Below, one piece after another: positions 18,114-27,245 of a DNA stretch of 64,000 nucleotides (its first letter is position 1; the number at the start of each line of letters is the position of its first letter). Below the pieces are notes generated by a model. That model was not told the DNA's origin and made no database searches. It saw only the letters and a program-made list of their open reading frames with translations. Origin of the DNA: an uncultured bacterium (GTDB lineage Bacteria > Fidelibacterota > Marinisomatia > Marinisomatales > J089); NCBI GenBank assembly GCA_964535735.1, contig CAZHTM010000005.1, forward strand, positions 13,017 to 77,016, read 5' to 3'. The translations under genes and the position numbers were made by a program.

Positions 18114-19439
18114 TTGGATCATCCACCCGTTCGGATTCAAAAGGTTGATACGGGTTATGACGCCTTGAATTATTTACAATTGAATTCCGTGGATGGCGTA
18201 ATCGTGACCGATAAACTGGACCTGATTTCTCCTGTCGATACTATTAAGCGGCTTACAGCGCATCCTCATCGGTTTCCCATCTGGTTATGGATCACCCAAC
18301 CCACCATTCAAACTTTAAGTAATTATCTTAAGGCTGGTTGTGACCGCTGGTTATTGTCATCCTCATCAAAGGACATATTAATACAACTGATTAAAACCGG
18401 ATTAAACCAATTCGGGTCCTATTCAATTGTAGACCAGAAGCGCTTTCAAATACAAAAAATATACGGAATCAATAACCTGATCGGTTCGTCTGCCGTGATG
18501 ATGGACTTGTATTACGCTCTGGAACGAATCATCAATACCGAAATATCGGTTTTAATCCAGGGAGAAAGTGGCTCCGGGAAAGAACTTGTAGCCCGGTTAA
18601 TCCATTTAATAAGTCCCCGTGCCGACGAAAAAATGGTGAGTTTAAATTGCGCTGCTGTTCCTAGTAATCTCATGGAAAGTGAATTGTTCGGTTTCGAAAA
18701 AGGCGCTTTTACCGGCGCGAATACACAAAAAAAGGGGAAATTCGAATTTGCCCACAAAGGAACCCTGTTTTTAGATGAAATCGCCGACATGGACCTTTTG
18801 ATGCAAAGTAAAATCCTCCGTGTGCTGGAACTTCAAGAGTTCGAACGTATTGGAAGTAATGAGCCAAGGAAAGCCGATGTCCGCATCATTTCCGCCACCA
18901 ATAAAAACCTAGATAAAGCCATTCAAAAAAATCGATTCAGGTTAGATTTGTTTTACCGAATAAACAGCTTCACAATCTCCATACCACCTCTTCGTGAACG
19001 GTACGGGGATTTTTTACCCTTAATGGTATATTTTCTCCAGCAGTCCAACAAAAAAAACCATCGAAACATACAGACTTTCGACTCGGATGTACTATCCGTT
19101 CTCTATTCATATTCGTGGCCTGGTAATATTAGACAGTTTGAAAGTTTTTTGATCCGCGCGGCATTGTTTTCCGACGGACCCCATTTGAAAGCGGAGACCG
19201 TAGCCTCATTAATCAAGCCGCTTAAGAAAGCAAACTTTACAACCGGGCATATATCTTCAACAGAACGAAAGCCATCCGTATCGACCATAGAAGAGATGGA
19301 GCGGACAGCAATATTAAATGCCTTAAAAGAAGTGGGCGGAAATGTGACTGCTGCCGCTAAGAAATTAGGGTTGAGCCGTGTCACTGTTTGGCGTAAAATG
19401 GAACGCTATAAGATTAAAAACGAAGGACCACGAGCTTAG
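18114..19439 (+). CDS. pilR: Sigma-54-dependent transcriptional activator (PilR-like) with degenerate receiver domain
   Basis: AAA+ GESGSGKE, the GAFTGA motif (EKGAFTGA) and a C-terminal Fis-type HTH (AAKKLGLSRVTVWRKMERY). TTG start. Receiver-like sequence continues upstream in frame to 17997 with no canonical start. Confidence 0.8.
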   Translation: MDHPPVRIQKVDTGYDALNYLQLNSVDGVIVTDKLDLISPVDTIKRLTAHPHRFPIWLWITQPTIQTLSNYLKAGCDRWLLSSSSKDILIQLIKTGLNQFGSYSIVDQKRFQIQKIYGINNLIGSSAVMMDLYYALERIINTEISVLIQGESGSGKELVARLIHLISPRADEKMVSLNCAAVPSNLMESELFGFEKGAFTGANTQKKGKFEFAHKGTLFLDEIADMDLLMQSKILRVLELQEFERIGSNEPRKADVRIISATNKNLDKAIQKNRFRLDLFYRINSFTISIPPLRERYGDFLPLMVYFLQQSNKKNHRNIQTFDSDVLSVLYSYSWPGNIRQFESFLIRAALFSDGPHLKAETVASLIKPLKKANFTTGHISSTERKPSVSTIEEMERTAILNALKEVGGNVTAAAKKLGLSRVTVWRKMERYKIKNEGPRA

Positions 19440-19441
19440 CA

Positions 19442-20671
19442 ATGCCCACTTATACCTATAAAGCTATCGATGAATCCGGCCTTTTAGTTACTGGTGATTT
19501 TGAAGCTTCCAATTATGGCGAGGCTCTGGACTATTTGCAACATAGTCTGGAATACACCCCCATTAAGGTTAAGCAGAAAAAGGAATCGGCAATCCTTTCC
19601 TTCCTGCAACGGTTTCAAAAAGTTCCGGTTCAAGAAGTAATGAATTTCACGAAACAGCTTCATACATTGGAACATGCGGGTGTACCGGTGCTCACATCCA
19701 TCAGCGCATTGCGAGAACAAGCTGAGACAGCCGCCTTTAAAGCTGTTTTGGATTCAGTATACCACGATCTTGAGGGCGGATTGAGTTTTTCAGAGGCGCT
19801 ATCAAAACATCCAGATGTTTTTCCTGAATTTTATATTCATAGTGTCAGAGCCGGTGAAGAGGCTGGTGCCATGGAAGAAGTACTACTCAAGTTGAATGAT
19901 CAACTTGGCCGACAAGATGACATTCAACGCCGAATTAAAAAAGCGCTCCGCTATCCGATGATGGTTATGACGGCCATTGTCATCGCATTTGTGATTATCA
20001 TTACTTTTGTGCTTCCAAACTTCATTAAAATGTTTGCCATGGGTGGACAGGCAGCTTTACCACTGCCTACACGAATTCTTATCGGCATTAGTTATGTCTT
20101 TAAAAATTATTGGTATATGATATTCGGCGGGATTTTAGCAATTGGCTTTCTATTCAATTATTACATCCATACCGAACAAGGACGGTATAACTGGGACCGA
20201 TTTAAGCTGCACGTTGTTGTTTTTGGTAAACTATTTCATATGGTTTCTATCGCACGGTTTACATCCACCTTGCAAACATTGAATAAAAGTGGATTACCTA
20301 TTCTCCAATCACTTGAAATTGGTGCGAAGTCGACTGGGAATAGGGTTGTTGAAAAAGCAATCAATGAAATTGCTGTTGGTGTTAAGCAGGGACAGGGATT
20401 AACGATACCTTTCCGAAAAAGTAAAATGTTTCCACCATTAGTCATCCAAATGATTTCGGTAGGTGAAGAATCAGGTTCTTTGGATGAAATGCTTGTGAAT
20501 GTATCGGAACATTACGACAGTTTGGTTAATGATGCCGTTGACGGGTTGATGACAGCCTTAGAACCTATTATGACTGTGATAATCGGAAGTTTAGTGGCTC
20601 TCCTAGCAGCAGGAATGTTCTTGCCCATGTGGGGTATGATAGAAGCTTTCCAAGGGGCTCCCGGGGGTTAA
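19442..20671 (+). CDS. pilC: Type IV pilus platform protein PilC (GspF family)
   Basis: Two T2SSF repeats with three TM segments, 409 aa. Confidence 0.85.
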   Translation: MPTYTYKAIDESGLLVTGDFEASNYGEALDYLQHSLEYTPIKVKQKKESAILSFLQRFQKVPVQEVMNFTKQLHTLEHAGVPVLTSISALREQAETAAFKAVLDSVYHDLEGGLSFSEALSKHPDVFPEFYIHSVRAGEEAGAMEEVLLKLNDQLGRQDDIQRRIKKALRYPMMVMTAIVIAFVIIITFVLPNFIKMFAMGGQAALPLPTRILIGISYVFKNYWYMIFGGILAIGFLFNYYIHTEQGRYNWDRFKLHVVVFGKLFHMVSIARFTSTLQTLNKSGLPILQSLEIGAKSTGNRVVEKAINEIAVGVKQGQGLTIPFRKSKMFPPLVIQMISVGEESGSLDEMLVNVSEHYDSLVNDAVDGLMTALEPIMTVIIGSLVALLAAGMFLPMWGMIEAFQGAPGG

Positions 20672-20745
20672 CATTTGCCTGTAACACTGTTTCATTATGA
20701 AACGATGTTCGGTTTTTTCGCAAACTTATCCGACGGAGATAATAT

Positions 20746-20762
20746 TTGGCACAGTTATTGAG
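20746..20762 (+). promoter_or_regulatory. Sigma-54-type promoter candidate TGGCAC-N5-TTGA upstream of pilA
   Basis: TGGCAC at 20747-20752 and TTGA at 20758-20761, with correct GG-N10 spacing. The -12 element is GA rather than GC. It is about 50 nt upstream of the AGGAGA RBS/ATG 20823, next to a PilR-like activator gene. Confidence 0.55.
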
Positions 20763-20822
20763 ATAAGTTAAATTAGAATTAGATAAAATTTGCTAAACAA
20801 GACACAACCAGGAGAATACATA

Positions 20823-21233
20823 ATGAAACGCAACCAAGAAGGATTCACCCTGATTGAATTGGTCATGGTGATTGTGATTCTGGGTATCTTAGCCGCCGTG
20901 GCAATTCCGAAATTTGCTAATCTGACAACTCAGGCGAATGAAGCCGCTGAAGATGGTGTAATTGGAGGACTGAGATCCGGAGTATATACGTACAGTGTCA
21001 ATCAAATGGCTGCAGGATTTGGTCAATCATATCCTACGGATCCATTTGACGGTCTTGATCAAAAACCCACTGGATATACATCTACTTCCCCCACTCCCGC
21101 CGCTAACAATACCTGGGGCTTTAATTCAACAAGCAATTATATATACCACCAACGAAGTAATGGTGACAAATATTATTGGTCCTATTCTTCCGGCACGGGA
21201 ACTATTGGAACGCGGACAACTACTGCTCCATAA
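20823..21233 (+). CDS. pilA: Major type IVa pilin (136-aa precursor, 7-aa leader)
   Basis: MKRNQEG|[24 protein letters not shown] class III signal. AGGAGA RBS. I moved the start from 20790 to ATG 20823. Confidence 0.85.
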   Translation: MKRNQEGFTLIELVMVIVILGILAAVAIPKFANLTTQANEAAEDGVIGGLRSGVYTYSVNQMAAGFGQSYPTDPFDGLDQKPTGYTSTSPTPAANNTWGFNSTSNYIYHQRSNGDKYYWSYSSGTGTIGTRTTTAP

Positions 21234-21250
21234 TTAGTATTTAAATCTAG

Positions 21251-21283
21251 AAAAAAGCCCACAGTGCTGTGGGCTTTTTTTTA
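21251..21283. terminator. Bidirectional rho-independent terminator between convergent pilA and LamG genes
   Basis: AAAAAA-GCCCACA-GTGC-TGTGGGC-TTTTTTTT: a 7-bp GC-rich stem flanked by an A-run and a T-run. Confidence 0.8.
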
Positions 21284-21322
21284 TAGTTCTTCGTCAGCGT
21301 TGACCGGGACAATCAATCAAGA

Positions 21323-22162
21323 TCACGTTTCGGGCAACTCTCCGTTGATCAAAGCCTTAATTTCGGCTCCATTTAAAGCTCGACTATAGATAAAAACGTC
21401 ATCAATTATTCCAATAAAACTTTCACCTCCAATTCCAATAGCTCTTCCAATAGCCGGCTGACTATATAATCGGAAATTTTTCGGTTTTTTCATATGGAAT
21501 TTTCCGGGAGCGGATTTAAGTCCAATTCGTTGACCGTTGAGGAATAAAGCCAGGTTTTGCCCGTCAAATGATAAAGCCACATGATACCATTGGTTTATTC
21601 TTAAACCCGTCGAACTTTCCAAATAGATGGATTGCCCATTATCTAAATAAACCTCACCAAGCAATAATCCCCGATAAATACCTAATACCCATTTGCCATC
21701 ATGGGACACAATCCCTCGTGGGCCACCATACGCCGATAAATTTATCCACGCCATAGCAGTAACGCCATCTTTAATCTGTTGAAAACTGGGACTATTCTTT
21801 ATCTCAATAAACGTATTGCGTGCGAACTGATAAGCATTGTCGGGATTTCCAAATCTATCTCTAGTTAATTTTACACCAATTAATCGACCATCATTTTTGT
21901 TCCGGGAGGCATCTTGGGGATTTTCCATAAAAGGGTAAAAAGCCACCAAGCCATTGGATAAATTTTTTGGTTCATTTACATAAGGCTGAATTATAGTTTT
22001 TTGAGTGGTCTTTTGTGTGTCGGCACTGGCTGATATTAATTGGGTTTCCGTCTTTTCTTTCCATTTCTCTATGTATTCTTCTCTTTGGAAATACAGGATC
22101 AAAATTGACATTGTGGTAAATAAAATAACCAGACGCGGAAGTAACCTATATTTTGTAGCCAT
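21323..22162 (-). CDS. Membrane-anchored LamG/concanavalin-A-like lectin domain protein
   Basis: N-terminal TM helix, then LVAFYPF...DASRNKNDG...GNPDNAYQF...WYHVALSFDG...LFLNG...IDDVFIYSRAL, typical of LamG-like jellyroll domains. Confidence 0.7.
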   Translation of the reverse strand: MATKYRLLPRLVILFTTMSILILYFQREEYIEKWKEKTETQLISASADTQKTTQKTIIQPYVNEPKNLSNGLVAFYPFMENPQDASRNKNDGRLIGVKLTRDRFGNPDNAYQFARNTFIEIKNSPSFQQIKDGVTAMAWINLSAYGGPRGIVSHDGKWVLGIYRGLLLGEVYLDNGQSIYLESSTGLRINQWYHVALSFDGQNLALFLNGQRIGLKSAPGKFHMKKPKNFRLYSQPAIGRAIGIGGESFIGIIDDVFIYSRALNGAEIKALINGELPET

Positions 22163-22330
22163 AGTTTTATTATTTCCTCATAGCCTTACAGTGATTTGTC
22201 CTATGTACTAATGAGCATTTTTCCGAGCCACCTATGAGTCGGTAACACTTTTACCGGTGGATTTTACCTTTTAAATACCATGGAAGAAACTCTAATATTT
22301 CATTAGCTTAAATTACCATCCGTAGCGACT

Positions 22331-24010
22331 ATGAATTCCAAACTCAACCATATCTCTGAAAAGATTCTCTTTCTGGCTCTTCTATTCTTTGGCTTTATCG
22401 TCAGCTACCATCGTATTCAAACCGGAGATATCTGGTGGAGTATGGCTGAAGGACGGTATATTTTTGAAAACGGGTATCTCCCGCAAGCAAATATCTTCTC
22501 TTATACAAATCCTGATGCCCCCTGGTCAACACCGCAATGGTTATTTTCACTATCTGCTTTTTTAATCTACCAATTGGGTGGAATTCCATTATTCATCATT
22601 TTGCGGATAATCCTTGTCGAAACAATTGTATTAACACTTTTCAAGACATTCCAAAATGAATTCAAAACTGTTTTATTGTCTGTTATAGGAATTGTTTGGG
22701 TTCTATTTGCTATCAATTTTAGACTTTTATTCAGAGCGCATTTATTTTCCGTGGTTTTTTTCACTTTGACAGTCTATTTTGTTTCTCGACCTGTTAAGAA
22801 AACCTCATACATAATATTATTTTTTATATTTCTCATCTGGAGCAATATTCATGCGGGTGTCTTATTCGGTTTATTCTTAATCCTATTTGTCTCGGTAGAA
22901 AACATAGCGAAAAATTTTCTTTTTAAACATATGACTTTTTATGAGTCCATTTTAAAGTCAAAATCTCTATTGATATTATTTTCAGTTTGTTTTCTTGGTG
23001 CTTTAGTCAACCCTCATCTTATTCAATTTATTACGTATCCCTATTCCCATCTCAATGTGAACGATCTCATATTGATCTCAGAATATATGCCCCCCAGTTA
23101 TTTTGGATTTGATAAGATGTTGTATTATTGGCTGACGATACCCATTTTTTTCTTATCCCTAGTGTTTTATGGAGTGAAAAAAAAGCAACTACCACCTTTT
23201 TTGTTATCAGCACTTTTTTTCCTTTTTCTCTCAATAAAATACAATCGGATAATCCCATATTTCGAAATCGTGGCAATAGGAATCATCCTGAAAACACCTA
23301 CTCAAGGGATTCTCCAGCGTTGGCACAATTTCCGATTTCAATGGATTTTGCATTTAGTTGCCATATATGCCCTGGTTATCGGTCCCTTAAACTTAATCAG
23401 TGGCGATAACAGAATCATGCCCACCTATAATTTTGGTATTGGTATTGACCCAACCGAGCTCCCTGTCCATGCAGTTCGCTTTTTAAATCAGCACCCGGCA
23501 CCTGATCCATATTTCAACGATTTTTTCTGGGGTGGATATTTAATCTGGAATAGTTATCCCGAAAAGAAAGTATTTATTGATGGTCGCATTCCCGCCTATC
23601 CTTCTGATTTTATCCATCTATACGAGGGCATGTCGTGGAATAAACAGATATTCGAAGCGGTTGATAGTTTATATAATTTTCAAACTCTTGTTATTATTAA
23701 CCCATATTCATTTCATTGGATGGACACCAGTCCCTTGGATAGAAACAATTGGGCATTAGTCTTTTGGAATAGTTACCAACACTCTGTCTATGTTAAACGC
23801 AATGAACAAAATCGGGCTTATATTAAAGAATTCGAATATAAACTTTACGATAAACCGTACACACCAGCAGGCTTGGCTCCCCTCATTCGTACAAAAGAAG
23901 ACACCTTACTTGCAATACAGGAAATCAAGCGACATAACTATTGGGCTCCTGATCCTATCGATAGATACTTGTTAAAATTATTGGACAATCCCCAGGCATC
24001 TGATGATTAG
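22331..24010 (+). CDS. Polytopic membrane protein (559 aa), GT-C-like glycosyltransferase architecture suspected
   Basis: At least 10 hydrophobic helices followed by a ~170-aa soluble C-terminal domain. I see no catalytic motif I can name, so the function is inferred from architecture and context only. Confidence 0.45.
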   Translation: MNSKLNHISEKILFLALLFFGFIVSYHRIQTGDIWWSMAEGRYIFENGYLPQANIFSYTNPDAPWSTPQWLFSLSAFLIYQLGGIPLFIILRIILVETIVLTLFKTFQNEFKTVLLSVIGIVWVLFAINFRLLFRAHLFSVVFFTLTVYFVSRPVKKTSYIILFFIFLIWSNIHAGVLFGLFLILFVSVENIAKNFLFKHMTFYESILKSKSLLILFSVCFLGALVNPHLIQFITYPYSHLNVNDLILISEYMPPSYFGFDKMLYYWLTIPIFFLSLVFYGVKKKQLPPFLLSALFFLFLSIKYNRIIPYFEIVAIGIILKTPTQGILQRWHNFRFQWILHLVAIYALVIGPLNLISGDNRIMPTYNFGIGIDPTELPVHAVRFLNQHPAPDPYFNDFFWGGYLIWNSYPEKKVFIDGRIPAYPSDFIHLYEGMSWNKQIFEAVDSLYNFQTLVIINPYSFHWMDTSPLDRNNWALVFWNSYQHSVYVKRNEQNRAYIKEFEYKLYDKPYTPAGLAPLIRTKEDTLLAIQEIKRHNYWAPDPIDRYLLKLLDNPQASDD

Positions 24011-26102
24011 AAATTTAGTGTCAATTCTTTGGGTGGGATTATTAATCATCCTACCCTTCGACCGGGGACCCGACACTCTGGGATTTAATACATTTTTAGT
24101 CTGTAGTGCGGCAGGTTTTTTATGGGTTTATTATATCGTAAGCATCAAGAAGACACACTACACAATCAGACAAGGATCAACCCTTTTAGCGTTTGGACTT
24201 TTTATTACTTGGATTTTGCTTTCCAACCTATGGACAATTGATGCATTTTCAACATATTACAAATCGCTGACCTACCTTTCAGCATTTATCATATTTTTTG
24301 TTACTATAAACTTACCAAAGTCGGACGTATCTGAATCATTCCTTATAAATACAGTTGTAGTCATCTTTGTAATAGAATTAGTCCACGGAGGAGTTCAATT
24401 TTTCTTCTCTGAAACAGGAGTCCCAATACAAGGTAGCGCCTTTCTTCGATCTCATGGAATTTTTGTCTGGCCCAACACTTTTGCCGGCTTCTTAGTCCTC
24501 ATCTGGCCACTGGTTTTTTGGATATTCCTGGAGTCAAAAAATAAAATAAAATCTGTCATCCTATATTTCGTTTTAATCACGGGAGTTTTCGTACTCGGTA
24601 CCACATATTCGCGTGGTGGTTGGTTAGCATTTTTTCTGTCATCCGGAGTCGTGAATCTTGTAATTATAATCTATTCCGGTCGATTCCGTTACTTTCTTAA
24701 CAAATTAAGGTGGGTAGGTTTCGGAATTGTCGTCGTTTTAATTTTGTTTAGTTTAATTCCAAACAGTCAGGTTGGCTCACGAATAACTTCATTCTCTGAT
24801 TTGGAATCTTTCGGTAGACTGGAAATATGGCAAAATACATTAACATTGGCGCTTGAAAAGATCTGGACCGGGTATGGTTTTCGCACCTTTCACATCACCA
24901 ATACACAATGGTTACCACCAGGAATACGCTTCGATTTTGCTCATAATGATTATCTCCAATTCCTTCTTGAATTGGGTGTCATTGGATTGGGACTATTCCT
25001 GGCTTTCCTGGCACTTCTGTCTTGGAAGGGGTGGACCTGGATCATATCACCAAACCAAAGCAATCTGAAATTCGCAACGATTACCGGCATGGGTGTAGGG
25101 GCATTAGGATTGTTGTTTCATACTTTTGTGGATTATCATCTATATATTCCAGGGAATCTGATGATCTTCCTCCTATTTATCGCCCTATTCCTTAAAAATC
25201 ATCCACAAACCACTACCCGGAAGTTTCCCATCACAGGAGAACATTTGTCCATCCCCTCTCAAAAATTTCTTGTAGCATTAACAATCATTATTCTTATCAT
25301 CCTAAGCTTGGTCCAACCGATCTCAAAATATTTTACTTCACTGGGTTTGCACGCGAAACAACTTCATCAATATGATCAGGCTTTGGAATATTACCGGTAC
25401 GCCTCCGCATTGGAACCACGTGTTGGCGACAATGCGGTTCATATTGGATCGGTTTACAGTACCCAAGCATTGTTAGAAGCTGATCACTTTACCAAGTGGA
25501 AATGGATGAATCTAGCGGAAAAGGAATTTCGCCACGCCACAACATTGGGTCCATTAACCTGGAATTACTGGCAGGCCCGGGGTGAGTTTTATAAACGCCA
25601 TTTATTGCAGTTTATCGCCAACGGTTTTCCATTGGAAAAACTTACGGTCCTTGATACCACTATGCCCGGCTGGGAGGACATGTGGCTCACTGTTCCAAAA
25701 ATGAATCGTTTTTTTCAGAAAGCGCTAAAATTATATCCCAATAATCCAGATTTGTGGATCGACCGCGCAGAAACGTGGCTCCAGTTTGAGCAACCGGAAT
25801 CATCACTCGTTTGGTTTGATAAATACATCGCACAAATGCCAAACGATTTATCGGCTAAGGTGGCCTACAGTGAAGCTCTATTGCAAATCGGGTGTTGGAA
25901 ACAATCTCTGAGTACGTTAAACAAGGTCATTGCAATCGATTCCTCTTACGGATATGCCTGGTATCTAAGAGGGCAAAATTTTTACCACCTTAATCAACTC
26001 GATTCTGCCCTGTTAAGTTTTAAATATGCAAAAAAAATTAATCCTGATGCACAACACATCACTTCATGGTTAGATTCTATTCTACTTAAAGGAATTTATT
26101 GA
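24003..26102 (+). CDS. O-antigen ligase (Wzy_C) family membrane protein with C-terminal TPR repeats; PglL/TfpO-like pilin O-oligosaccharyltransferase candidate
   Basis: SRGGWLAFFLS and FDFAHNDYLQFLLELGVIGLGLFLAF match the Wzy_C signature. The C-terminal ~250 aa are TPR-like (YDQALEYYRYASALEP...). Confidence 0.7.
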   Translation: MIRNLVSILWVGLLIILPFDRGPDTLGFNTFLVCSAAGFLWVYYIVSIKKTHYTIRQGSTLLAFGLFITWILLSNLWTIDAFSTYYKSLTYLSAFIIFFVTINLPKSDVSESFLINTVVVIFVIELVHGGVQFFFSETGVPIQGSAFLRSHGIFVWPNTFAGFLVLIWPLVFWIFLESKNKIKSVILYFVLITGVFVLGTTYSRGGWLAFFLSSGVVNLVIIIYSGRFRYFLNKLRWVGFGIVVVLILFSLIPNSQVGSRITSFSDLESFGRLEIWQNTLTLALEKIWTGYGFRTFHITNTQWLPPGIRFDFAHNDYLQFLLELGVIGLGLFLAFLALLSWKGWTWIISPNQSNLKFATITGMGVGALGLLFHTFVDYHLYIPGNLMIFLLFIALFLKNHPQTTTRKFPITGEHLSIPSQKFLVALTIIILIILSLVQPISKYFTSLGLHAKQLHQYDQALEYYRYASALEPRVGDNAVHIGSVYSTQALLEADHFTKWKWMNLAEKEFRHATTLGPLTWNYWQARGEFYKRHLLQFIANGFPLEKLTVLDTTMPGWEDMWLTVPKMNRFFQKALKLYPNNPDLWIDRAETWLQFEQPESSLVWFDKYIAQMPNDLSAKVAYSEALLQIGCWKQSLSTLNKVIAIDSSYGYAWYLRGQNFYHLNQLDSALLSFKYAKKINPDAQHITSWLDSILLKGIY

Positions 26103-26121
26103 ATCGCTTATTTAACTTAAT

Positions 26122-27123
26122 ATGCCACAAAAGCTAAATAGATTTGAACGATATTTAAGTTCCAATTTAGGGTATGGGTCATCTTCTTTTACTTATAAAG
26201 AACTATTATTATTTAATGAAAAACTATTAGCTCAAATCCGGGCAGGCCAAATTCTCTCGGATGCACTTGAAGCTGTATTTGATACCACGGGAAATCGCGT
26301 CCAGAGGATGGTGCTATTCAGTATTACAAACGCCGTAAAAGCCGGTGCCCCTCTCTCCCAGGCTATGCTTACATTTAAAGATATTTTCCCTAATTTTTAT
26401 ATTGCCATGATTATGGCGACGGAAAGAAGTGGAAAAATGATTCAGGGTCTGGAAGCCATGAGCTTACACCTGAAGAACGAAAATAAATTGTTCGATTATT
26501 ACAATGTCTCTATGTTTTACCTGAGACTTCTGATTTATCTATTTTTAGCGGGAATGGTCTATTTATTTGTACGCTTGGGGATTTTAACTCTCTCTCTTGA
26601 CAGCATTCTCTACTCCACCGGCACATTAGCCTTTCTTGCTTTAATAGGTAGTTGGGTTAGTCGTATTCTACAGAAAAATGAAGTACTGAAAGAAAATATA
26701 TTAAACATTATACCATTTGCCGGAAAGATTCATAACTTGGCCTTGATCAGCAGTTATTGTTTTCTTTTTAATGTTTTTCATAGATCAGGTGTCCCCATTT
26801 CCCAGATCAATGGTTTACTTGTCAATTATATTGGCGGAGCTCATTTAGCTCAGGATATCCAACGACTAGGAGAATTGAGCCAGTCCAATCCCGACCCCGA
26901 TCGTTTACCTAAATATTTCACAGTTCTTCCGGATACTCTGGCGCGTGAAATTATTCTCTTTGAACATGGTAAGACTAAGTTCAATACCATTCAAAATTAT
27001 TCTCAGTTTGTCAGCATTGAAATCGATGACATTGCTGCTCAGATTCTTAGCTTGGAAAAACGAATTTTAATGGGCTCTTTAAGTATTGGCGCTTTAGTTA
27101 TTTATTTGTCCTTGATCTATTAA
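26122..27123 (+). CDS. Divergent, short GspF/PilC-family platform-like protein (333 aa)
   Basis: One recognisable T2SSF repeat (LSDALEAVFD...VKAGAPLSQAMLTFKDIFPNFYIAMIMATERSGKMIQGLEAM) plus TM helices. The second repeat is weak. Confidence 0.6.
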   Translation: MPQKLNRFERYLSSNLGYGSSSFTYKELLLFNEKLLAQIRAGQILSDALEAVFDTTGNRVQRMVLFSITNAVKAGAPLSQAMLTFKDIFPNFYIAMIMATERSGKMIQGLEAMSLHLKNENKLFDYYNVSMFYLRLLIYLFLAGMVYLFVRLGILTLSLDSILYSTGTLAFLALIGSWVSRILQKNEVLKENILNIIPFAGKIHNLALISSYCFLFNVFHRSGVPISQINGLLVNYIGGAHLAQDIQRLGELSQSNPDPDRLPKYFTVLPDTLAREIILFEHGKTKFNTIQNYSQFVSIEIDDIAAQILSLEKRILMGSLSIGALVIYLSLIY

Positions 27124-27245
27124 CAATCAAAATGGGGAATAGAAATATTCCCGATTCCATTCTATATTTATTCTTATGAAACTTACTACGGACAGCCGAT
27201 TTCTACTCAAACTCAACCCACTATATTTAGACAAGAGGACTTAAC

